A stretch of DNA of 64,000 nucleotides from the sequence record ON631220.1; one strand, 5' to 3'. The position numbers and the translations under genes are program-made. The notes under the pieces were generated by a model that searched no databases, had not been told where the DNA came from, and worked only from the letters and a program-made list of their open reading frames with translations. Below, piece by piece: positions 56,622 through 64,000 of this stretch. Every line of letters begins with the position of its first letter. The first letter of the stretch is position 1.

Positions 56622-57591
56622 CTACACCTCCTTCGGTTTAGTTAGACCTGTATAAACTAGAATTGGCCAAATAAGCATTTTATTCCATACGTCATCTGTG
56701 GCTACATTAACTACTTCGGTATGTAGTTCTTTTGCTCTTAATGGATATACTGCATCTCTACTTGTCCAATTAATAGCTGTACATTCATTATCAGTCCAAT
56801 CTGAACTAATTATATATTTTATTTCGGTATCTGGAAATCTGGCACTCAATGGGTCATAGAACATATTTAAACCACTGTTTAATGTAAGTCTACCACCTGT
56901 TTTGTTACCTGTCTCAGCATCTTCAACACGAGCATACATCTCTGTAATAACTGCCATCATTGACCGCAGTTCACCTGGGAAATGCTGCACATTATGGTTT
57001 GGATTATTATGATGTTCGGCTGAGGGTATTATTATTTTCCAATCATGTAAACCTATTGTTAATGGAATTGCACCACCATTAATTAATGTTTGCATGATTT
57101 CACTATCTCTTGGTAGTTCCGACCCAATTGCCAATGGATATGGGAAGGTACCTCTAACAGTACCACCTATTGCGAATTTATGAAGTTCTGCTACTTCTAG
57201 ATAGTTACCTGTAATTGGCCCTAAACTAAATGCTTCACGAACCATATTAAACGATGGTAATGACGGTAAGTCCATTGGGAACTTTCCAAAATAACCAAAA
57301 CGTTCATCTCCAAATTGGAAAATAGCTGGACCAGGTCCAGTGTATGGGATAGCTGTAAATGTGAACATATCCGATGCTTCAAATTTTTGTGATCCATAGA
57401 TCAATCTAAAGCGATAATAATATGTTTTTTTTATGTTCCACGGTTGTATCTTGATAAGATGTTATCCCTGGTCCAACTGTAGCAATTAATTCAGCATCTT
57501 CAATATTATCGAATTCGTAATCGGCTCGATAAATTTCAGTGGAGTGATATTTTGTTTTATTAGGATCAAGCCATTTAAGTTCAATTATCAT
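56622..57591 (-). pseudogene. Putative virion protein gene split by a +1 frameshift in an A8 tract (track ORFs 57406..57591 and 56622..57404)
   Basis: Removing one A at 57425-57432 gives ...EHKKTYYYRFRLIYGSQK...YTGPGP, matching the paralogues. Confidence 0.85.
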
Positions 57592-57739
57592 CCGGTATAA
57601 CCTCTGGTTCAGTCACGGTATTATCTAAATCGATAACCTGGAAACTTGCTGAAGGTGGTAAACTACCTTCGTATATGTCTATAGCATCCACAACAGGTTT
57701 TAAATTAACAAGTGGTGTAAATAATAACGCCTCAAACAT
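57581..57739 (-). CDS. 52-aa protein beginning MFEALLF, not in the ORF track
   Basis: GAGGT SD; overlaps the next start; N-terminus resembles MFELLLS of 58722..59729. Confidence 0.7.
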   Translation of the reverse strand: MFEALLFTPLVNLKPVVDAIDIYEGSLPPSASFQVIDLDNTVTEPEVIPDDN

Positions 57740-57906
57740 TTAAATACCTCTTCTAAAAATTACTATAATTTATAGTTAATGACATATGCAAAGCCATTAA
57801 AAATGACTTCGCATATGCGTACTATATTTTATTTAGACAACAATGTCATATCATAACAACATAAAGCCCTCCATGACGGAGGGCTTTTATTTTACCTATT
57901 TATATT

Positions 57907-58431
57907 TTAACTAAAACGAACTACAATCACACTAGTGCCAAAAGTATCAGCTACCCACTGATTAAATTCTTTATCAGTAATACCTCGTAAATTTAGATTA
58001 TAAGATGCATTATCTACAAGTATATAGCGGATATCTGAAAGTAAATTTTCATTAAAGTCTTTCTGGATCGTTGATAGTCCAGATTTATGGATATAGCTAC
58101 GTAGTTTAAATGTAGTTAAATATGGAATAATGTTATCTGGTGTTTTGGATAGTTTATCTTGAGCACCACGTCGAATTCTTTCGTCGGTGAATACTGCCAA
58201 ACATTCACCAGGGTAGCGTTTTGAAAATTCCATTAATGCTGTAGTACTACCAGATTGACGACCAATAAAAAACCCTACTGTTCTATGATCACGTATAGTG
58301 ATATGACTGACATCATTAAGATGATAATGCATCCCATACTTATTCCAATTCTCATTAGTTTTATATATCAATGCATCCAGGATAGCCTGGTAATCAACAA
58401 TAGTTTTTACAAACTGATTTGTGTTATTCAT
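57907..58431 (-). CDS. Degenerate P-loop NTPase-like protein
   Basis: IGRQSGST (Walker A-like, Lys replaced) and YILVDNAS (Walker B-like). Confidence 0.55.
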   Translation of the reverse strand: MNNTNQFVKTIVDYQAILDALIYKTNENWNKYGMHYHLNDVSHITIRDHRTVGFFIGRQSGSTTALMEFSKRYPGECLAVFTDERIRRGAQDKLSKTPDNIIPYLTTFKLRSYIHKSGLSTIQKDFNENLLSDIRYILVDNASYNLNLRGITDKEFNQWVADTFGTSVIVVRFS

Positions 58432-58721
58432 TATAGAAGTTCCTTTATTACAATGTAGTATATAACCTTTATTAAATTAGGTTATATACCGGCTATGGAA
58501 AGGCCTCGTCACCTTCCCTTCACCTATATTAAATATCAATAGTGGTTATAAAGAACGAGATACACTCATTGACATAATATAGCCAGGGGTGGCAAACCCC
58601 TGGCACTCAGACACACTCTATAATTAAATCTACCACCGAGTGTATTTAGTGGATAGCTTTAGGATTATCTAGATACAGTAATCCTACATAATATCATCGC
58701 ACTAGTATTTTTATCTTTAGT

Positions 58722-59729
58722 TTAATCGAGAACTAATGGGGCTACTTTAACTTGATATATACCAGTTAATAATTGGCTTTTCAACATATATGCTCCACCA
58801 CCAACTGCCGTTTTAGATCCACCAACAATAATCATACTGCCATCTGGACCTTTAGCTATTGACGATATATTAAGGAACCCTATGCCAAGTTCTAATGGTT
58901 CAGCCCATTTACGACGCCTAATGTTAAAACGTTGTGCAAACATTTTAGTTACGCCATTGACATCAACTGCATTAATATAATTAAAATATTCTCCATCTAC
59001 ATAACCGTTACCTTGCCAGATTGTTCCTTTATCAGCAGGTATAATCATCCAAGGTGTTTGCTCCCATACTAAGGTAGTTGCATTATATCGATAAACTTCA
59101 AGATTAGGTATGTTCTTTGTATTATCCCAGCCGCCAAAATGATAAAAGTAACCATTATAGAAGAATAACTGTTGACCTGAACGAGCACCACCTGAATAAT
59201 CTTGTCCACTAAGCCATGTCTTACCCGATGGTTTTAACCGCATTGCATTTACCCCAACTGGGTTTACACACAAAATAAGATCATTACCATCTGATGCGGA
59301 TGCTGTACCCCAAAATGGTACAGGCCCACTATATCGTTTAACCCTGCTACCTGTACTTATATCAAAATGTTGTATAAAGTTAGATGTCCCCGTACCACCA
59401 TTACCCGCCGCGTTCCATCCAGTAATACCGCCATAAACAATAAAGTTATTCTTATGTAATGTTCCAAATCCTAAGGATACACCTGGTAGGAATGTTCCAG
59501 AAGCTGTTGCACCTGCATCTGCGAATGGTGATATGGTAAAACGTCTGAATACAGTTGCGGCTGTTTGTCCTTCAGTATGATGTCCAGATCCAACATATAG
59601 TGTATTTCCATCCACATATGACATAGTACCAGCTAGTGCCACAGGTAGATCACCTAATTTAATAATTTCATTAAATCCAACCAAGGGTAACTCTTCGCCT
59701 ATATCTGGCGATAATAGTAATTCAAACAT
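58722..59729 (-). CDS. Kelch-repeat beta-propeller, putative virion protein
   Basis: IVYGG, YHFGGW and IIVGG repeats; MFELLL N-terminus. Confidence 0.8.
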   Translation of the reverse strand: MFELLLSPDIGEELPLVGFNEIIKLGDLPVALAGTMSYVDGNTLYVGSGHHTEGQTAATVFRRFTISPFADAGATASGTFLPGVSLGFGTLHKNNFIVYGGITGWNAAGNGGTGTSNFIQHFDISTGSRVKRYSGPVPFWGTASASDGNDLILCVNPVGVNAMRLKPSGKTWLSGQDYSGGARSGQQLFFYNGYFYHFGGWDNTKNIPNLEVYRYNATTLVWEQTPWMIIPADKGTIWQGNGYVDGEYFNYINAVDVNGVTKMFAQRFNIRRRKWAEPLELGIGFLNISSIAKGPDGSMIIVGGSKTAVGGGAYMLKSQLLTGIYQVKVAPLVLD

Positions 59730-59783
59730 GAGTGTGCTCTCAAGTAAATCATTTTAATTCATAAGATAACCCATGGCAACATA

Positions 59784-59807
59784 AAAGAGTAGCCGAAGCT
59801 ACTCTTT
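59784..59807 (-). terminator. Terminator of the tRNA cluster (UUCG on the minus strand)
   Basis: aaagagtagc-cgaa-gctactcttt. Confidence 0.85.
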
Positions 59808-59813
59808 AGAATT

Positions 59814-59900
59814 TGGCTGGTAAGGTAGGATTCGAACCTACGGTGGGCTTTCGCCAACGGATTAACAGTCCGCTCCCTGCTACCACTCGGGTACTTACCA
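59814..59900 (-). tRNA. tRNA-Asn(GUU), 87 nt, with long variable arm
   Basis: TGGTAAG/CTTACCA acceptor stem, G73, CCA; anticodon GTT; variable arm TGGCGAAAGCCCA. Confidence 0.9.
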
Positions 59901-59909
59901 ATGAAATCG

Positions 59910-59946
59910 TAAAAGTCACTTGCTCTACCGACTGAGCTATCACGGA
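59910..59946 (-). pseudogene. tRNA 5'-half remnant, truncated in the anticodon loop
   Basis: TCCGTGA-TA-GCTC-AGTCGGTA-GAGC-A-AGTGA-CTTTTA; no 3' half follows. Confidence 0.85.
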
Positions 59947-59952
59947 ATTAAA

Positions 59953-60029
59953 TGGCGCGCCCAAGGGGACTCGAACCCCTAACCACCCGCGTGACAGGCG
60001 GGTATTCTAACCAACTGAACTATGAGCGC
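59953..60029 (-). tRNA. tRNA-Asp(GUC)
   Basis: Cloverleaf, anticodon GTC, G73, CCA. Confidence 0.97.
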
Positions 60030-60082
60030 GAACGTATGGACATGACTTCTTACATAGTATTATACAATCAGTAATATTTTTA

Positions 60083-60430
60083 TTATGGTCGGTCAGTCCA
60101 GTGCTTAAAATAATTGTCATCTTTAGGGCTACCATGTTCAGCAAGGATGTTCTTAAGTTCCTCACTAGACAGCTTGACCCTAACCCCTACGGGAATATCC
60201 AGTTCAGGGCACGGTTCAGTTTTACGACTGATAATCAGATTATCAGTCCCATCTTTAAAAATAAAGATGAACTGAGTTTCGCTATCACTGATCTTTTTCT
60301 TAATACATTGCTTTACTTCTGGATGTTGTTTATGAATTTCAATAAACGCATCTGTAAGAGACATGCACATTAATTTTGGACTACAAAATGTGGAATATAC
60401 ACTATACTGAGATTCAGTTAAATTATTCAT
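60083..60430 (-). CDS. Hypothetical protein
   Basis: GGAG SD, between tRNA genes. Confidence 0.75.
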   Translation of the reverse strand: MNNLTESQYSVYSTFCSPKLMCMSLTDAFIEIHKQHPEVKQCIKKKISDSETQFIFIFKDGTDNLIISRKTEPCPELDIPVGVRVKLSSEELKNILAEHGSPKDDNYFKHWTDRP

Positions 60431-60517
60431 ATTTACTCCGTATGCTTGAAATAAAATTCAATGGTATTTAGCACCACCCCTAAGAATCGGATTAATGGTT
60501 GTTTCAATATATTTTTC

Positions 60518-60739
60518 CTAGGGACATTTAAAAATATAAATCGAATGGTTATCTCTGTCGGCTATCTTCAGAGTATTCTCATTTCGAATAGTTTCAAGAG
60601 ACTTGTATTTATGCTCCAGCATATCCAGGTGAGAAATACATTGTCCCCTATTTTCAAATAGGATCTTACTCTCATTAGTCGAAGTGAAACCAAATAATCC
60701 AACTTTGATAGATAATACTAACATTATTACTGTATTCAT
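60518..60739 (-). CDS. Small exported two-cysteine protein, similar pattern to 15756..16013
   Basis: GAGGA SD before MNTVIM; LFENRGQC...IFKCP. Confidence 0.7.
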   Translation of the reverse strand: MNTVIMLVLSIKVGLFGFTSTNESKILFENRGQCISHLDMLEHKYKSLETIRNENTLKIADRDNHSIYIFKCP

Positions 60740-60791
60740 GTTTTCCTCAATGAGACAGTATAAAACCTCCCCCAAGTGGGAGGCTAGTGTA

Positions 60792-60868
60792 TGGTGGGCC
60801 CAGCAGGACTTGAACCTGCGACCAAGCGATTATGAGTCGCCTGCTCTAACCAACTGAGCTATAGGCCC
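60792..60868 (-). tRNA. tRNA with CAU anticodon, most likely tRNA-Ile2 (reads AUA after lysidine modification)
   Basis: GGCGACTCATAATCGCTTGGTCGC arm matches the recalled gammaproteobacterial ileX arm; A73; paired G1-C72, so not an initiator. Confidence 0.9.
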
Positions 60869-60874
60869 TTTTAT

Positions 60875-61168
60875 TTATTCTGGTAGGAATGTTCCGTCTT
60901 TTTGACGGACTAATACACCTGACCATTTGAATGTATTTGTATCACTAACAGGGCACTCTCTAATTACATTGGTTCTAAATGTGCCATGTGGATAGGTTAC
61001 AGTGAATGTAATATGATTATTACAAACATGCAATACAGAAGACTTTGCTTCTGTTAGATAGTGTAAGCCTTGAGCTAATTGAATATTAGTTAATTCAGGG
61101 TCACTAAGAATAGCGTAAAGAGCTGTTCCTATAATTTGATGTTCCCATGATATCCATTTATTATCCAT
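60875..61168 (-). CDS. Hypothetical protein
   Basis: AGGA SD, between tRNA genes. Confidence 0.75.
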   Translation of the reverse strand: MDNKWISWEHQIIGTALYAILSDPELTNIQLAQGLHYLTEAKSSVLHVCNNHITFTVTYPHGTFRTNVIRECPVSDTNTFKWSGVLVRQKDGTFLPE

Positions 61169-61189
61169 CCTATTTACCTATTATTAAAA

Positions 61190-61265
61190 TGGTCGGAGTG
61201 GGGAGACTCGAACTCCCGACATCCTGCTCCCAAAGCAGGTGCGCTACCAACTGCGCTACACTCCG
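61190..61265 (-). tRNA. tRNA-Pro(UGG)
   Basis: C1-G72 cloverleaf, anticodon TGG, CCA. Confidence 0.97.
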
Positions 61266-61274
61266 TATTTAAAT

Positions 61275-61359
61275 TGGTGCCCGAAGTCGGATTCGAACCG
61301 ACAAGACCGTAGCCGGAAGATTTTAAGTCTTCTGTGTTTACCAATTTCACCATTCGGGC
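61275..61359 (-). tRNA. tRNA-Leu(UAA)
   Basis: Class II cloverleaf, anticodon TAA, A73, CCA. Confidence 0.97.
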
Positions 61360-61417
61360 ATTGTGCTTCAATACATAACATGTAATACTAGGTATTTTAT
61401 TACAACTTATTTTAAAT

Positions 61418-61870
61418 TCAACGTGGCCATTGTAAAGAAGTTATCTTATTACCATTAATGTAGACATCGGTCACTTCGCACCAATCATTAATTCTGTGCT
61501 CAATAATTGGCACATCATTTCGGCCAGCCACTCCAATCATATTCCATTTAACATAAATATTCATTAGATCAATTGTTAATTTCTCTTTTATGAGTTTAGG
61601 AGAAATTAATTTAATATTATTAATGTTAAAGAAGTAATTATTAACTTCTTCTAAATATTCATTAGTATTAGTAGTACTAACTTTACCTTCATGTTCAAGT
61701 GAAGATGGTTTATTTTGATTTACAATATTATTCACTAGACTTCTTAAAACGGCGCTTGCCCTACCAGCTTCACGTCTTTTATATTTATCATAGTCTTTTA
61801 CATTAGCTGCAATTTTATCAAATTCTTTTTGGGCATAGATTAACCCTGGTAAAAGTTCATTCTTAATCAT
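61418..61870 (-). CDS. Hypothetical protein
   Basis: AGAG SD; ORF track. Confidence 0.75.
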   Translation of the reverse strand: MIKNELLPGLIYAQKEFDKIAANVKDYDKYKRREAGRASAVLRSLVNNIVNQNKPSSLEHEGKVSTTNTNEYLEEVNNYFFNINNIKLISPKLIKEKLTIDLMNIYVKWNMIGVAGRNDVPIIEHRINDWCEVTDVYINGNKITSLQWPR

Positions 61871-61929
61871 TTTATAATTACTCTATGTTATTTGTACATA
61901 TTTTAACATACTCACGTAAAAACAAAATA

Positions 61930-62081
61930 TAAAGCCTCCCCGAAGGGAGGCGATATATCGTCATTAATGCCCAGCAAAGAGTTTTACTCTCTGGGAGCCA
62001 GTTGGAAGGGGGACTGGCTCCGATTTATTATGACTAATGTAGAAACGAGGGGGAGGGATCATTTCTACATATCATTACATA
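61930..62081 (-). ncRNA. Candidate small RNA with C-rich, anti-SD-like loops
   Basis: TATG motifs upstream; hairpins 62037-62070, 61994-62021 and 61970-61995; UUCG terminator 61934-61951. Confidence 0.6.
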
Positions 62082-62090
62082 CTCAGTAAG

Positions 62091-63974
62091 TTATTCTTCA
62101 ATACCAATGACCGTATTGCGTTCATTGGTGTTCTCTACGGTTGAACCACTTGGGAAGCTACTGACAGATGCTTGCATTAGTTTCAACATGTCGATAGCAA
62201 ATACTCGATATGTAGATTCAACCTTAGCGTCGTCGTACGATGCATGAATGTTAAGAATGGCATTATCGGCCCTTTTAGCCAGCAGATATACATCCTCAAG
62301 AGCATCTTTATCTTTAATAGTGGATAGCTTATGTTTGTAGATATCCCCATTGACAGATAGGTCAGGATACTGGGCTACCCAAGTGTCCGCAATAGTCTTA
62401 GTGTTGTTAGACAGAACGTCAATGATAACGTTAGCTGCTTCCACAATACCGGTAGCATCAAGCAACTTAATCTTAGCACCAGCATTATCTGGCCATTTGG
62501 GTTCTTGGAAGTTTGTCTTTACATTGGGTTTCCATTCAGCCAGAAGAGTAGCGACTTTCTTAGGGTCTTGCCAATCATTCCCTTTGAACAGATTAACCAC
62601 GGGGGCTAGTATCTTACTGTTCTCATCCAGAACTTTCTGGTTGTGACGATCAGCTTTAGCTACAGCATTAGTGATATTGGCTTTTGCGGTCTTAGGATCA
62701 TTAGACGCGAACGTCTCGTAACTCGATACTTTTACTTCGCCGGTTTTAAGCTTTGCTTCTGCCACCCATTTGGCATCACCATAGGTACTTTTCAGTGTAG
62801 CAATAGCTTTCTTCTTTTTATCAAGATTGATCTCAGGGCCAGAGTCGAAGATACTCTTAATGGTGTCGATAAGACCTTCATTTGAGACTTGTATAAAACC
62901 GGGAGTATTAATGATGGACTTCTCTACATACCCGCCACGAATAACTCGATTTATAAAACCATTAAGACCACTACCAGTTTCGGCCATATCTTTCATGATT
63001 TCTATATTTGTTTCACCAGCACTCTGGGCATTGTATAAATAATAAGAACCATCTTTAAATTTTAGTATAATCCAGTCATCTCCAGTTAGATATGAATCAA
63101 TATTACTATCATTCATACTTTGGTATTTAATGAATTCTGGATTAGTACTTAGTACTTCTTCAATAAACTCTTCTAATGCCGCAGAATTATTAATAGCATC
63201 AACAGGTGGAATTTCACCATCAATGGGTTCAGTAGTTGGACCAGTAACAATGGCAGGTAACGGATCCTCCTCTACAATAACAGTTTCTTCCACTGGTAGA
63301 GCACCACATGAAGCATCAATTAGTTTATTAAAACTACTAATGATCTCACCAAGTGCTACAAGAACTGCTGGCTGTTCAACTTGTTCAACTTTAGCAATAC
63401 CAGTTTCTGTAAATTCTTCAGTGATTCGGTTATAAACTTCTACTAGTTGGTTAGTAAGTTCTGCTACTTTTGGCAGAGTCTGCTTAGACAGAGGTTCAAC
63501 TACAGTTGTATCTGCTTCAACAAAAATAGAATCATCTTCTTCTAAACGGCTAGTATTAGCTGAGCCAGCTGTGAAGTTATAAGGCATATCTTGAATTACT
63601 TCATTAATTTCAGATGCCTCCATATCTTCATTTAGACGACCACTATAAGTACGCATCATACCTTCTGCTTCTTTAATAGTGGAATGCGCTAAGCGTCCCC
63701 AATCACCACGCATAATACCGCGCTCGGTAAGACCGCGTGCAGCTGAACCAAGATCAATAGGTTCTTCAATAAATGATTGTTCTTCAACCCACTCTTCATT
63801 ACTGTAACATTCTTTTAGAATGGTTTTAAATTTAGTACTAAAGGGTTGTAGAATCTTTTTATCTACTTGTTCAACATTTGTTTTAAAGTGTTCTAGACTT
63901 GGTGTAGCTTTTGAAGATACTTTTTCAGTACCGCTATATAGCGTACGGTTTAGGAAGTTTAGCATTTTATTCAT
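62091..63974 (-). CDS. Putative internal head protein with KTSC-like module and S-x-E/G maturation site
   Basis: 627 aa; acidic N-terminal half; DSNIDSY...LKFKDGSYYLY...GSGLNGFINR; VSNE|GLIDTIKSIF. Confidence 0.75.
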   Translation of the reverse strand: MNKMLNFLNRTLYSGTEKVSSKATPSLEHFKTNVEQVDKKILQPFSTKFKTILKECYSNEEWVEEQSFIEEPIDLGSAARGLTERGIMRGDWGRLAHSTIKEAEGMMRTYSGRLNEDMEASEINEVIQDMPYNFTAGSANTSRLEEDDSIFVEADTTVVEPLSKQTLPKVAELTNQLVEVYNRITEEFTETGIAKVEQVEQPAVLVALGEIISSFNKLIDASCGALPVEETVIVEEDPLPAIVTGPTTEPIDGEIPPVDAINNSAALEEFIEEVLSTNPEFIKYQSMNDSNIDSYLTGDDWIILKFKDGSYYLYNAQSAGETNIEIMKDMAETGSGLNGFINRVIRGGYVEKSIINTPGFIQVSNEGLIDTIKSIFDSGPEINLDKKKKAIATLKSTYGDAKWVAEAKLKTGEVKVSSYETFASNDPKTAKANITNAVAKADRHNQKVLDENSKILAPVVNLFKGNDWQDPKKVATLLAEWKPNVKTNFQEPKWPDNAGAKIKLLDATGIVEAANVIIDVLSNNTKTIADTWVAQYPDLSVNGDIYKHKLSTIKDKDALEDVYLLAKRADNAILNIHASYDDAKVESTYRVFAIDMLKLMQASVSSFPSGSTVENTNERNTVIGIEE

Positions 63975-64000
63975 GTCTACTCTCTCGTTGATGACTGTTA

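Noticed and set aside
61174-61371. 65-aa minus-strand ORF
   Set aside because: It is a translation of the tRNA-Leu and tRNA-Pro genes.
53244-63435. Plus-strand ORFs inside the minus-strand block (e.g. 53244, 55817, 60101, 62350, 63130)
   Set aside because: They are antisense shadows of structural genes.
1-64000. CRISPR array from the many similar UUCG hairpins
   Set aside because: The repeats are kb apart, at gene ends and followed by T-tracts; there is no regular spacer pattern and no cas gene. They are terminators.
1-64000. Integrase, transposase, reverse transcriptase/DGR or lysis cassette
   Set aside because: No recognisable motifs in any ORF and no template/variable repeat pair seen.

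Overview
The window is about 64 kb of an AT-rich Pseudomonas jumbo phage of the phiKZ type (nucleus-forming, Chimalliviridae-like). This assignment rests on recurring TATATTAC early-promoter motifs, UUCG-capped terminators, the six-tRNA set and the gene content; it is inference, not a database hit. Bases 1-50.5 kb are a dense plus-strand accessory block. It holds dCTP deaminase, a thymidylate synthase split by a 1090-nt group I intron carrying a GIY-YIG endonuclease, a Pol-beta-type nucleotidyltransferase, a Mesh1/SpoT-type HD hydrolase, a Zn deaminase, a SLOG protein, an SspB homologue, two AAA+ ATPases, an HslV-like Ntn hydrolase, two ART-fold proteins and many hypotheticals. Bases 50.5-64 kb are mostly minus-strand: putative virion proteins (FN3-like/YTGPGP paralogues, Kelch propellers, an inner-head-type protein) and six tRNAs. 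The strongest candidates for undescribed biology are: (1) a promoter- and terminator-bounded ~150-nt RNA at 61.93-62.08 kb whose loops resemble the 16S anti-Shine-Dalgarno tail, plus a second structured RNA at 48.2 kb; (2) an early operon of secreted two-cysteine paralogues at 26.5-29.6 kb; (3) a tRNA-Asn on a long-variable-arm Tyr-like body beside a broken tRNA 5' half; (4) an A8-tract frameshift in a putative virion gene; (5) an intron endonuclease whose strong SD points to an out-of-frame minigene. All family assignments come from motif recognition by eye.
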